A DNA stretch of 64,000 nt. Origin: Macrostomum lignano (taxonomy: Eukaryota). The notes below the pieces were generated by a model. That model made no database searches. It worked only from the letters and a program-made list of their open reading frames with translations, and was not told the origin of the DNA. A program made the position numbers and the translations under genes. Location: NCBI GenBank assembly GCA_002269645.1, contig NIVC01001881.1:161896-225895 (forward strand), read 5' to 3'. Below, piece by piece: positions 12,512 through 24,217 of the stretch (the stretch's first letter is position 1; the number at the start of each line of letters is the position of its first letter).

Positions 12512-13197
12512 TATTAAGATTTAAGCATGTTATGGAATATTATAGAAAATACAAATACGCTACAATAGTTATAATATAGTGAATACGCTACAGGCCTACA
12601 TGTATAGCTTGTTGGAAAAGGGGGTGATAATGTAGGACAAAAGTCCCGACTTCAAACGATGATAGCTGAGCCATGCAGTTATGGTGTCGCATATTGTATT
12701 TTTGATTTAAAATGATTATTGACAATTCATAAAACTGAGTAAGCATTTCGGGATTAGAAATTAAAGGTTGTTGCGACTCAGACCTCAGTTCTCAACAGAT
12801 CGATGGCTAATCAAAGAAATTTATAATTGAAATCTATTTGGTGTTTAAAATGGAATTTGCAATGCAATTTATGCAATAAATTATGCAATATACTACACAT
12901 TCAATTTATAGTAGAAAAACAACTGTCGATTTTAATAGTTGAAAATGTTATAAAAATGAAAAAGGTTAAGAAATGAAAATTTACGTATTACGTTAGTTTT
13001 AAGTCGAGTTAAGGGGAAAGTTTGTCTTACACTTTGTTATCCAATGAATATGCAGTTGGATTCGTGTTAGATTAACGTAGGAATACTGCAGGCTTGATAA
13101 ATATAGCTGGGATGAATTATGATTAAAACATTAACGGCAGCAAAAACCATGTTTGTTAGAGAAAAATATGGTTGAGAATCTGATCTTTCAAAACCTG

Positions 13198-15459
13198 TCA
13201 AATATACATCATCATCTTGATGAAGTTGTCCTGCTCCAAAGCCTCCTTTGTCTTCACAGTCGCTTCGTAGGTAGTAAAAGCGGTCCTCATTCGCACCGAT
13301 AGCAGGATGAAATCCTCGAAGCTCACGACGCCCTTAGTTGGGTCCGTATACCGCATGGCAACCGTCTCGAACACCTTGTTGCTCAGATTGTAGCCGGCAG
13401 CTTTCAAAGCGTCGCGCAGCTCGAACGAGTCAAATGAGCCATTTCCATCGGCGTCTTTCTCTTTGAAAATTGTCTTTAGCAGGCGGATCTGGTTCCAAAG
13501 CACTTTGAACTCGTCGAATTCCATGTAGCCGGACATGTTCAGGTCCATCAGAGCAAGCATGCTGCGACAGGCTTCGGCGCTGAATCCGGAAAACTCCTTC
13601 ACCTCTTTGCCGAAGGATCTGTTCAAGATCTGCTGCAGCTGGAATGCGTGAATTCGACCCGCGCCGCCGGAGAAGCCCTGGAAGGCTTTGCGCAACGGTT
13701 CCTCGTTCTCCGGTGCGCTGACGGGGGCGGCGATGGCCGGACTGACCTCCATCTTTGTCTCCGAGTCCAGCACAGCCGCGAGGTTCGGCTTTTCGGAGAA
13801 CATGCGCAGTATGAATTGCGCCTCCTCGTTCGGATTAAAGGTAGAGGGCACGATCACGTATCGACCCGGGGGTAGCTTGTGCCGGCCGCTCACCTCGCGT
13901 TGATTTACAAACGCCGACTTATCCGTCTGTTTGTTATAGCGGAAGAACTTCTGGTCAAGGGGGCTGTCATTATGGCCTCTCAGCTGGTAAATAGCATAGC
14001 CAATGGTGAAATATTCGCCGCCAACTGTGATCTTGCGCACGTCCTTCTGCATTAGGCCGACAATAATGGTGCCCAGATTTTCATCGTCTTCTTCATCCGG
14101 GTCGACAATCTCCACGCGGAACTGCTGATTAGTGTGGAAGCTGTCAATGAAGTTCCTGCAGCCGCCGGCGCTCACGTTCTTCTTCCACTCGCCCTTCTCT
14201 ATGCTGATCTCCCAGCGGCGCTTCTTGGCGGCGGCGCCCTTCACAGTGCCGGACATGGTCTCTGGGCACAGGTGGCAAATCTCCAGTTTAGTGAACTCCT
14301 GGACAAAGTCTTTGAAGGCCATCCAGAACTCGCCATCATCGCTGGCGTCCATTTTCAGCCGGGATTTCTCATCCGCGTTGACTTGGTTCCACAGGGGGCT
14401 CCGGTCGCTCCAGTCGCCCTTCCACTCGCACTCGTTGCCCCACGGGTTGCGAACCCGGACTAGCGATTCTTCCTGGCCGTTTTTCAGTTTGCAATTTCTG
14501 ACGTCAGTCACAGAGTAAGCGTGTCCAGTGATCAGGCCGTTATCTAGTTCGCCCTCAATCTCCTCGCTCTCAATGCTGCATCCCATTAGAGACTCGCTTT
14601 TGTTGGCCTGAAACATCACGTTAAACAAGTCGGCCGGTGCCTTGTTGAGATCAAAGTTTTCGCACAGGCCGCCGGTGAAGTCCTCCATAGCCTCGGACTG
14701 GCTCCCACCTGTCAGGGCCTCATAGCTACCGTTGACTTTAGCGTAGGCTTTCTCTAGTAGGGCCGACCAGAACTCGTTGCGATCCTGGCTGCGCATGAAG
14801 CAGAGCCGCCCCGCCTTAGTAGGCAGCCGATCATCGACAACCACCTCTTTCCAGCGGCCAAAGTGCCAAAACCGGAAACGGAACATTCCGCAATAGCCTG
14901 CGTCGAAATCCTGACCGGGAGGAACCACTCGGTCGAATAAACTTTTGTTCATAGAAAGGGAAGCAATTGAAGCCAGTAGCCAACAATCGCCCAGTTCTCC
15001 TTGTTTAACATCGAACCGGCTGACACCATCGCTAATAAACATTGGCGATTGGCAGATTTCTTTCGGCCGCTTCCACACATACCTCTGATTAGGCCTCGAA
15101 GGAAAAATGCTGCGACCCTCTGCTGGAAATTTGGGATCCTCGTACAATTGCTTGGATTGAATCAGATTCTTTCTCAGCTCCTCAAAGTCTAGCTTTTTTA
15201 CAACTGCATCTTGCAAATTTCCAGTGGAGGCGGCGACTAAAGCACGAGGTGATTTGTTAGCAGATCCGATGGCGGGTTTGAGTGCGTCCTGTTGCCGAGA
15301 TTGCGGCTGTTGCGGCGGCTGTTGTTGCGACGGCGCCGGCTGCTGCGGCCTCGGCTGAGCCTGGCTTGAAGCTGTTACAGTAGCTGGACTCGCAGCAGAT
15401 TGCGTCTTCGAGTCGTTGCTGGTGTTCAGGTACTCGCGAACAATCTTGACGCGTGACAT
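13198..15459 (-). CDS. Classical calpain (CysPc protease core, C2-like domain III, penta-EF-hand), 753 aa, single coding exon
   Basis: QGELGDCWLLA (Cys), GHAYSV (His), RVRNPWG (Asn), GGCRNF domain III motif, C-terminal EF-hands, Q/P-rich N-terminal extension. Confidence 0.96.
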   Translation of the reverse strand: MSRVKIVREYLNTSNDSKTQSAASPATVTASSQAQPRPQQPAPSQQQPPQQPQSRQQDALKPAIGSANKSPRALVAASTGNLQDAVVKKLDFEELRKNLIQSKQLYEDPKFPAEGRSIFPSRPNQRYVWKRPKEICQSPMFISDGVSRFDVKQGELGDCWLLASIASLSMNKSLFDRVVPPGQDFDAGYCGMFRFRFWHFGRWKEVVVDDRLPTKAGRLCFMRSQDRNEFWSALLEKAYAKVNGSYEALTGGSQSEAMEDFTGGLCENFDLNKAPADLFNVMFQANKSESLMGCSIESEEIEGELDNGLITGHAYSVTDVRNCKLKNGQEESLVRVRNPWGNECEWKGDWSDRSPLWNQVNADEKSRLKMDASDDGEFWMAFKDFVQEFTKLEICHLCPETMSGTVKGAAAKKRRWEISIEKGEWKKNVSAGGCRNFIDSFHTNQQFRVEIVDPDEEDDENLGTIIVGLMQKDVRKITVGGEYFTIGYAIYQLRGHNDSPLDQKFFRYNKQTDKSAFVNQREVSGRHKLPPGRYVIVPSTFNPNEEAQFILRMFSEKPNLAAVLDSETKMEVSPAIAAPVSAPENEEPLRKAFQGFSGGAGRIHAFQLQQILNRSFGKEVKEFSGFSAEACRSMLALMDLNMSGYMEFDEFKVLWNQIRLLKTIFKEKDADGNGSFDSFELRDALKAAGYNLSNKVFETVAMRYTDPTKGVVSFEDFILLSVRMRTAFTTYEATVKTKEALEQDNFIKMMMYI

Positions 15460-16282
15460 TTTGCTGGATCTAATTTTTTACCCTATTCAGAATGTCGCTT
15501 TTGGTGTAGCCAAATTTTTGTAGCCAAATAGCGCTTTTCTATATCATATTCGGTGTCTCTAAAACTTATAGTTTTTTTAACAAAAGGGGACGAACAGAAG
15601 AGATGGCTGGAACGGAGACTTAATTTAAAAGCCTCGTGCATGCCACACAGCTATAAGACTGCCTGTCCATTGTTCTCAGCAATCCGCTCTTACCCAACTG
15701 TACTGCAGCAACTTGCCGGTTTGAATATGAGCGAATTCGCCCACTGAGCCCCCCCCCCCCTGGAATTGTGTTCAGCGCAAAGCAACTGCGTACGACATTC
15801 TGTCGCCCCAACTTAAATATTGACCATTGTATAAGCATAACGAATGAGTAATGCAATTTTGCGACAAGTGACGGAGGAGCTCACATACGCTCGGACGCAT
15901 CTAATTGAGGCCGGTTCAAACTACCGCTAGTGGCTTCGCGGGCCAAAGATTGCTCAATGAATCAGCCACTCGCGGTAAAGTGAACCGCGGCTTAAGCCAG
16001 CTAAAGTGATGCAGATTTGCAGTGAATAGTTAACTGTCAAATAATAAAAGAAAAATACCAAAACTAAGGCTCGAAGAATAATAGTGATTGATATACTCAA
16101 CCGCTTCAATAATTTAATTGTTTATTACCCCACCACCAATTGTCCGTTTTAAAGGTGACAAAACAGAATCAGTTCGGTTTGTTAATGTCAACTAACACTG
16201 CAACTAGTCATTGGTTAGTATAGATTCCTTCATCGAATACAAGCTTTGGTGGATTAGAACAGACATTTCCTTTGCCACGAGA

Positions 16283-17385
16283 TTAGTAAGATCCGTAGCT
16301 TCCCTTATCACCAGACGGATAAGGATCGTAGCTTCCAGTGCCGCCAGACGGATAGGGGTCAAAGCTTCCAGTGCCGCCGGACGGATAGGGGTCAAAGCTT
16401 CCAGTGCCGCCAGACGGATAGGGGTCAAAGCTTCCAATATCGGCAGACGGGTAGGATCCATAACTTCCATAATCCATATCCCGTTTCTTCCAATACGAGC
16501 TGCTTGGGTAGTAAGAGGAGTAGCTGCTTGGGTAGTAAGAGGAGTAGCTGCTTGGGTAGTAAGAGGAGTAGCTGCTTGGGTAGTAAGAGGAGTAGCTGCT
16601 TGGGTAGTAAGAGGAGTAGCTGCTTGGGTAGTAAGAGGAGTAGCTGCTTGGGTAGTAAGAGGAGTAGCTGCTTGGGTAGTAAGAGGAGTAGCTGCTTGGG
16701 TAGTAAGAGGAGTAGCTGCTTGGGTAGTAAGAGGAGTAGCTGCTTGGGTAGTAAGAGGAGTAGCTGCTTGGGTAGAAAGAGGAGTAGCTGCTTGGGTAGA
16801 AAGAGGAGTAGCTGCTTGGGTAGAAAGAGGAGTAGCTGCTTGGGTAGAAAGAGGAGTAGCTGCTTGGGTAGAAAGAGGAGTAGCTGCTTGGGTAGTAAGA
16901 GGAGTAGCTGCTTGGGTAGTAAGAGGAGTAGTAGGAGCTATATTCACGCTTCTTGTAAGAGTACGAGTAGGTGGGGTAGCTGCTGCTCGGGTAGTACGAG
17001 TAGGTGGGGTAGCTGCTGCTCGGGTAGTACGAGTAGGTGGGGTAGCTGCTGCTCGGGTAGTACGAGTAGGTCGGGTAGCTGCTGCTCGGGTAGTACGAGT
17101 AGGTCGGGTAGCTGCTGCTCGGGTAGAAAGAGCTGTATTCACGCTTCTTGTAAGAGTCATCGAAGCTTGTTGGATAGTAGCTTGGATCGTAGTATGAAGA
17201 AAAATCGTTTAGCGGTTTCTAAAATTTTCACAATAGTTTTTTAAAAAACATTAACGATGACATAAAACCGAACGAGTATGAGCAAACAGAAGAATGAAAT
17301 ACATTTATTAGTTGATTGCACTTACCGCATCAGCGGCAGCAGATGCCAGAATCAAGAGTGCTGTCAGCAAGCAAACCTGACGCAT
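16283..17385 (-). CDS. Secreted Tyr/Ser/Pro-rich repetitive polyprotein (~331 aa) with three KKR sites. Exons 17385-17326, 17218-16283
   Basis: Exon 1 is MRQVCLLTALLILASAAADA followed by GTAAGT. Exon 2 is open for 312 codons in phase 0: KPLNDFSSYYDPSYYPTSFDDSYKKR, (YPSSSYPTYSY)x5, KKR, (YSSYYPSS)x18, WKKR, DMDYGSYG(GSFDPYPSGGT)n. Minus-strand AATAAA at 16121-16126. Confidence 0.85.
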
Positions 17386-18109
17386 GATTGCTAGTGATCA
17401 GATACTATATTAGCTTCAACCTATTATAAAGAATAAACTTTCTGTTGGTTAAGTTTTTAGGAAAAATTCAACAGCTATATATGCTAGAAGTTTGATGGCA
17501 CAGCTGCGAAGGAACTTAACTGTTTTTGCTGACGTGTTGCATTCTATATGCGGTTGACGCGGAGAAAAAACTTGCTGTTGTCTTAGGCGACTGACAGGTA
17601 GGCGAAGTAGCAGCTATCTACTATATTTGCCCTTCAATAGTGCAGCTGAAGGTCTGGGTAGCAAATTTGCTTTCACCCACTAATTGACTCCACTTCCGGT
17701 AGTTAAATCACGAATCAGTCAGTCAATTAGATTTATATTTGTTTAGCTTCTCTAGCCAAGGGTGACAAAACCAAAGCCAAGCACTAAATAAAAGAATAAA
17801 CAGTTTTTTTAGAGAAGCACTTCTTCACTGATGAACCAGCTGGTCCGAAAAGCAAATTTTGAGAACGGGACTTTACTTAACTTTTGCAGGTGAACAGGTG
17901 AAAATTTCATTGAAATCTCCTTAAAACGGCAGATCAATAAAATGAAATCAATGAAAGTCAAAACTGAAACGATGCATTTTTTGTTGTTTATTAATGATTG
18001 TGCAAATTTCATAGTTGATTCGCATGCAGCATTGTACAATTATTTTTTTAATCGCGTCATGTCAAACATAAAACAAGCGCTATTTCAAAAATGAAGGCAG
18101 CGTCAAAGA

Positions 18110-18480
18110 TTCAATGGGGAATTCTCTAGGATTTCAAGGCTCATGGGAAATTTCTGAGATGTCAAGGCATATGGGGGAATGCTGAGATGTCAAGGCTTAT
18201 GGGGGAATTGCTGAGATGTCAAGGCTTATGGGGGAATGCTGAGATGCCAAGGCTTATGGGGGAATGCTGAGATGTCAAGGCTTATGGGGGAATGCTGAGA
18301 TGTCAAGGCTTATGGGGGAATGCTGAGATGTCAAGGCTTATGGGGGAATTGCTGAGATGCCAAGGCTTCGGAGGGATTGCTGAGATGCCAAGGCTTCGGA
18401 GGGATTGCTGAGATGCCAAGGCTTATGAGGGAATGCTGATATGTCAAGTCATGTGAGGGAATGCTGAGATGTCAAGGCTT
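18110..18480. repeat. 28-29-bp minisatellite (GCTGAGATGTCAAGGCTTATGGGGGAAT)
   Basis: Tandem copies; the same family resumes at 22040-22195. Confidence 0.9.
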
Positions 18481-21400
18481 ACAGGGTTCAGCACGCCTGT
18501 GTAGCATGAGACAGACCAGGCCTACGAGTTAAGGTCTGCGATCCTACACACCTGCACCCCCTCTATTCTGGTGCAGGAATGGCAGAACTCTCTCCAAGCT
18601 GACGATCACAAGCCGACCCAGGGGTTCACGCCCCGCATGTGTTCAAGGCAGCTCTAGGGCTGCTGGACTGACTGGGCTCCGGCGGCGGCAACCCATCCGT
18701 GGCCAGCTGGCCAATTTGGGTACGGGCCCCGCCCGGAAGTGAACCTGTGCGTATCAGGTACCTCTGGCCACGGCTCTGAGGAACAGGTATCACCCTCTGA
18801 CTTTAACAGGGTATGCGGCCAGTCCGCAGGCTCCGGGGACAGCCTCTTGTCCCCCTCAAGTGTTAGCACCGCGCTGATGGTCCTTTGGTTCGGCCTCTGG
18901 TTTTTCCAAGCCGGGCTCTTAGCCGGGGAGTTTCTCGGTTGCTAGCGGTCGGGCCGGTAAGGGCTTAAGCCACCCCCCGGTCGCTACCTCTTGGCCTGGC
19001 TGTTGGGTTTGGGGTTACGGCCCAGCGGCTTCTCACCTCAGATAGTCCCTAGGCCTTTCAGCGACTCATGGAGTATTCATTTACTTCCGACACGTCTGAA
19101 GCTGCTGGAGTACCAACCGAGGTTGGTACCGCGGCCCAGCCGGACATTCGCAACACCGGAACCCCCAGTGCCTCTCAGTCAGCCCCTGCCGCCGCTCAGG
19201 ATAATACCGGAGTGGCTGGACAAGACAGCGGACCTCAGATTTCTAAAAAGAAGGCCCGTAGCATTGCTCGCTACAAAGCTTTTCTCCAACGCAAAGCGGA
19301 GGAACGGAGGAATGCGAAAGCCGCCCCTCCGGCCGCCTCCGAGGAGGGTGCCGGTAACTCTGCGAACCCCGCGGAGGAGCCGACATCCGACAAGGGGGTG
19401 GACCCCGCGCGCCGGTCTGATGCGTCAGGTGCCGCCGAAGCTCCTGGTGCGGCTGGCCCCTCTCGTGACGGGACCTCTGCCCGTGTGGAAGCTCCCACGG
19501 CCGTGGAGGGATCCAAAGCGGGGGGTGCTGGCCAAACCACCGAGCCAAAGTGCACCTATGCGGCTATGGCCAAGAGGCAGCCGGCCCTGATTATCCAAGG
19601 CCAGGAGACGCCTCTTAAGGCCGAACAGCTCGACCTACTCTGGCGCAGGTCGGACTCCCACCTGGTCTAGATGGCCTTGAGTGGTACCGCTATTCAAGTC
19701 CAAAAGACGAAAGTCGAGGACCAAGCCCTCCATATCCAGCCCGCCGACAGTCAGTCGGGACAGCAGCTCCTCGAGATGCTGAAAGCATTCGACTGGGGTA
19801 CGGAGTTGAAAAACCTGTTTATCTATAAGGAGGACGAGCGACCCCGGACACACCGGCACCGTGCCTGGATTCCGGCTCGCAGCTGCATCACCAAGGCCGA
19901 CGAGCTGCGTCGCCTGCTAGTGGCTACCAACCCGGAGCTACCGGCAAACGGTGTCGTAGTTCACGAGACCATCTCCAAGCCGGGCGGAGACGGTTTCACG
20001 GCTATTCTTGGACTGTCGGATAGCTGGATGCTCCGCTATCCGGACATGTCCATCATCTCTGTCGGGCTGATGCAGATTCAGCTCTTTAGCTTTGAGTCTG
20101 ACGCCACCCGCCCACCGCCCCCGGAGAAGCGTAAGCGGGCAGTCGGGGGCTCTGCCAGGCAGAAACGCCCAGGAAAAGAAGCTCCCGTTCGTCTCGACCC
20201 CTCCGAGGACGTGGACCCTGTCAGAGGGAAAGCCGCGAAAGCTGCAGCAACAGGCGGACGTGGAAAGGGCCGGAAACCCCTCCCCCCCCGGAACACTATC
20301 CGCTCTGGTCTGACTCAGCGCGCGAAGCAGCTGCTGGGCACCGCCAGGGCCAACAACCGCAGCAACCCCCAGCCCAGTGTCACCACTGCGCCCCCCTGGA
20401 AAACCGGGCCGAGAGCGAGAATGCCGCCCTTGTGGTGGCCCCGCCCTCGACCATGGAGACCATCCGGGAGGAGCCCATGGAACTGGAGCCTGGAGCTATC
20501 GACTAGGCAGAAGAGACAGCTCTCCTGCACAACTCGCCCTGAACCGGCAGGAAGCTGCGCGGACCACTCGTGGAATCCCCAGAGTGGACATCCTGCAGCT
20601 AAATCTACACCACTGCATCGCGGCCTCGACCAACCTGATGCAGGTGGCAAACTTTGTAAAACCTTCTCCAGGAGCCCTGGACGAAGAAAGGTAAGATCCC
20701 GAATATTCCTACTGGTTTTGACTGTTTTCAGGACCCCCAAAACCCCAGAGCAGCCATGTTTGTGTCTATCCATCTCAAAGCTTGGCACAGACCGGACCTC
20801 TCTGACAGAGACCTCTGTGCCATTCGGTCCAACCACATTATCACCAACCGCACGGTCATCATCGCCTCGATTTATATCCCTGGCGATGGCCCCGCGGTTC
20901 CACCCAACCTCACCTCCCTCGTGGACTACTGTTCTAACCGTAGGTTCGAGCTGCTGGTGGCGGGCGACGTCAACGCCCACCACGCCCACCAAACCCACTG
21001 GGGCAGTAATACCTCCAACAGCAGAGGCGAGGAACTCCTTGCTTACATCTGCACCACCAACACTGAGTTTTGCAACATTGGTGGAACCCCCACTTTGACA
21101 ACTGGCGTTGGACGGAGGCCCTCGACGTTACCCTCGTCTCCCATGGCTTGGCTCCTTTAGTCAAGGACTGGGAGGTGTGGGACGAAGAGGAGTCTCTGTC
21201 TGACCATCGCTTCGTTTGTTTTCGATTGCAATCCTCTTGCCCCAAGCCTCACATCCTGTGGAAAAGTAACGTTCGGAACACTGACTGGACGGCTTTTCGC
21301 GGAAACCCTGAAATGTCAGACAGATCAGCTGACCAATGCCGCTCAAACCACCTGTCAGGAAGTGGATGACCTTGCAGACTTGATCAGCAAGACCGTCCTG

Positions 21401-22026
21401 ACAGCCCACGAGGCTTCCTGTCCTCTCAAAGCCTACAAAGGCAAAAATCCGCCTCCTGGTGGCACCCGGCGCTTGGATCCCTTCGGCGCAAGGCAAATTG
21501 CCTCCAACGGAAAGCTCGCAAGAGCAAGGACCCAGCCGACCTGGCCGCCTATAAAGACGCAATCCGCGACTTTAAGCGTGAAACCAGGAAAGCCAAGTCC
21601 GACAAATGGCGCCAATGCTGCGCGGAGTAAGAAGGCACCCGCCCTATTTACCGCGTGGTTAAGGCTCTCACCGTCGACAAAATGTCAAAGCTCTCATTTA
21701 TTAAAAGACCGGACGGCCGGCTTGCTGAGAACCCTGGGGAATCGCTGGACATCATGCTCACCAGCTCTTTCCCACGTGCCGCACCGCAGCTAGGCCCACC
21801 GGGTACGTGCCAAGAGCCTGACAAGAGGTTACGGTAGTCTTCATACCCAAACCAGGGAAGGGAGACTATCATATCTGCCAAAGCTTACCGCCGTATCAGT
21901 CTGACGTCTTTTTTCCTCAAACTGATGGAACGGCTGGTGCTCTGGCGCCTCCTCCTCGTGGAGCAGAAGAACTCCCCGCTCTCCCCCAATCAGCGCGCCT
22001 TTCGTCCTGGACGCTCCATCGAAAGT
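18481..22026 (+). mobile_element. Decayed non-LTR retrotransposon, probably LOA/R1-type: 5'UTR, ORF1, AP-endonuclease, start of RT; 3' half missing
   Basis: ORF1 from 19068 (TYAAMAKR...HRAWIP; in-frame TAG at 19668). ORF2 motifs ILQLNLHH, LQEPW, AGDVNAHH..WGS..SNSRGEEL, SDHRFV and VVFIPKPG..AYRRISLTSFFLKLMERLV..NQRAFRPGRS. Multiple frameshifts and an internal deletion. Confidence 0.9.
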
Positions 22027-22039
22027 GTAAGTCAAGTAA

Positions 22040-22195
22040 GTATGGGGGGATTTCTGAGTTGTCAAGGCTCATATGGGAAATCGTTGAAATGTCAGGGCTC
22101 ACGGGGGCAATTACTGAGATGTCAATTAAGGCTCATGCGAAATTTCTGAAATGTCAAGACTAATGAAGGAATTGCTGAGATGTCAAGGCTGAGAG
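22040..22195. repeat. Degenerate continuation of the 18110-18480 minisatellite
   Basis: GCTGAGATGTCAAGGCT core in the same orientation. Confidence 0.75.
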
Positions 22196-23372
22196 GTCAG
22201 AAGCTATGTGTATTATAATGTACTGTGTAGTTTATCCAATTTTTTATCCCATTCTTTGCTGCCTCCCAAGTGGGGGGCGCTGATTGCTAGTCCACTTTAC
22301 TAAAAATGAAGCACGAACGAAGATGCCAGTGAAAGACAAACTTTTCATATCTGATACATTTGTTTAAGTTCTTTAGTAATCAGTTGGAAAACAAATATTT
22401 AATTAGGATGCTTGAAATCATGCGCTGGCTTGTCCTTAGAATTCGTATACAAAATAAATTATAAATTTTGGCACAACAAATAATTTTCTATTAAATAAAG
22501 CATAATGTCTTATCTTATTACATGTAAGCAAAACAAACAAGTCAATGAAATATTTTTAAATACGCAAAACGCATACACTTTACGAGTATAGTCGCTGTAA
22601 GTATATGCCTTTTTATTTTTTAAAACTATACCCCAATTTTTAATTTTAATTGTATTTAAAGTTCTAGAGATAACACAACCAGCTCATTAAATGGAAAGCA
22701 TTGTGAAAAATAAACAGTTGGTTTTTGAGAAATTAGTAAGTCAGTCAGTCTAATTTACTGAGTAAATGTACATTATTTTGACTTATTTTATACCAGGGTT
22801 GGCAAACTCCGGCCCGCTAAAGGTTCATGTCTCCTCTCAGCTCCCTTCTCTACAATCTGCTCTCCTTTTTCATCTCTCTTCTTCTCTCGTCCTATTTTCT
22901 CCTTTATTCCCTTGTTTCTCCTTTCTCCCCTCCTCTGGCTGCTTGCAGACATGCGCTGGATTTTCTACAAGGTGTGTTACCCTAGAGGTATTAAAGGTTA
23001 CCGACCCCTGATTTGTATAAAGCTAAGTACAGCATGTAGGTACATGTACATGCACCTACGCGTAAGGCGTACAGTCCGAACGGATAATGTGAAGTCGGTT
23101 AGAGATATACCTATCTTATTAAAGTTACACTTGAAATACTGTGCAGCAAATTATTTACAGTCCGAATAAAGATTAGGTCACGATAATTCAAGACAGTTAC
23201 GTAAAGTATTCAACGGTCGGGTGGGATACGCTACGACATATACTGTATACGTGTATGTTTGTGTTGATACTTCAGAAACCATAATAGTTGTTTTATTTAA
23301 ATTTGAAAGCTAAACATTGGCAAAGCTAATATAATGTGAAAGTAACTTTAGTAGCCAAAATATTAAAGCATA

Positions 23373-24086
23373 TCACGCGTCAGCGGCTACTTCTAATATA
23401 AATAACAATAATCTACCTAATCGAACCAATAACTGGTATAACAATGAACCTAGTGTTTCTGATTGACCATTATTATCATTGTTATTATTATCCGATTGCG
23501 ACGTGAATATAGACTTTTGCCTGCGACTGTCAAAAGCTCCGCTCATAAAATCATCATAGTCGTCTACAGAGCCGCCAGACTGCGACTCAATTTGATTTCG
23601 AATCCGACTGTACTCATCTAACAGTGTATCGTGTTTATACAACTCCAATAAGAAGGTGGAATTATCGCTACTCTGAGGCGAAGCGTAGATCAACACGGAT
23701 ATTGGCGGCTTTAATTCTTCCGGCACAAACACCAAGTCAAGTGAGAAGTTCTCACTTTTGAGGTCATAATCGTCTGGCGTGGGGGACCGACCGTAGCTGG
23801 ATACGTAAATATCAGCATCGCCGACATCTGATCGAAGCACAAATAACAGAGGCGGCTGATAATCAAATCTGAACAAGTAGCCTTTGCCGCTATCTAAATT
23901 GCCGTTGTGTTGCCGAACTAATCGACCAGTATTGAGCAGGTATTGAGCAAAGCCCTCCGTCATTATGTAAGTGGCCGCGGCGCAACCAACGCTTATAGAT
24001 AATACAGCAACGATCAGTATAGAAATTATTGGAAGAAGAAAAAGCAGCGACAAAGGCTGCCAGGACAATAGACGCCCAAGCCGCAT
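23373..24086 (-). CDS. C6orf120: UPF0669 / C6orf120 homolog, 237 aa, single coding exon
   Basis: Hydrophobic N-terminus. LRSDVGDADIYVS..PTPDDYDLKS resembles the recalled vertebrate MRSLKGDADLYVS..PSFDDYELQS. C-terminal SLLYQLLVRLGRLLLFILEV helix. Confidence 0.85.
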   Translation of the reverse strand: MRLGRLLSWQPLSLLFLLPIISILIVAVLSISVGCAAATYIMTEGFAQYLLNTGRLVRQHNGNLDSGKGYLFRFDYQPPLLFVLRSDVGDADIYVSSYGRSPTPDDYDLKSENFSLDLVFVPEELKPPISVLIYASPQSSDNSTFLLELYKHDTLLDEYSRIRNQIESQSGGSVDDYDDFMSGAFDSRRQKSIFTSQSDNNNNDNNGQSETLGSLLYQLLVRLGRLLLFILEVAADA

Positions 24087-24217
24087 GCTTGCAACGGTAC
24101 CCTGAGAACACTGGCGATCTTTCCTGACAGTATCTGAGCTATGCTGTTGTTTGAGGCTGATTTAGTATCGAACAATATCGTGCCACTTCGTTGGCAGCTT
24201 GCATCGGGAATAAGCAT

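Noticed and set aside
16204-17244. Mucin-like TPLTTQAA ORF and plus-strand AAWVVRGV / SKRSSCLG ORFs
   Set aside because: Out of phase with, or antisense to, the signal-peptide exon; the Tyr-rich frame explains the KKR punctuation
18498-18545. Hammerhead ribozyme core
   Set aside because: CATGAGA/CGATC do not match the required CUGANGA/GAAA consensus
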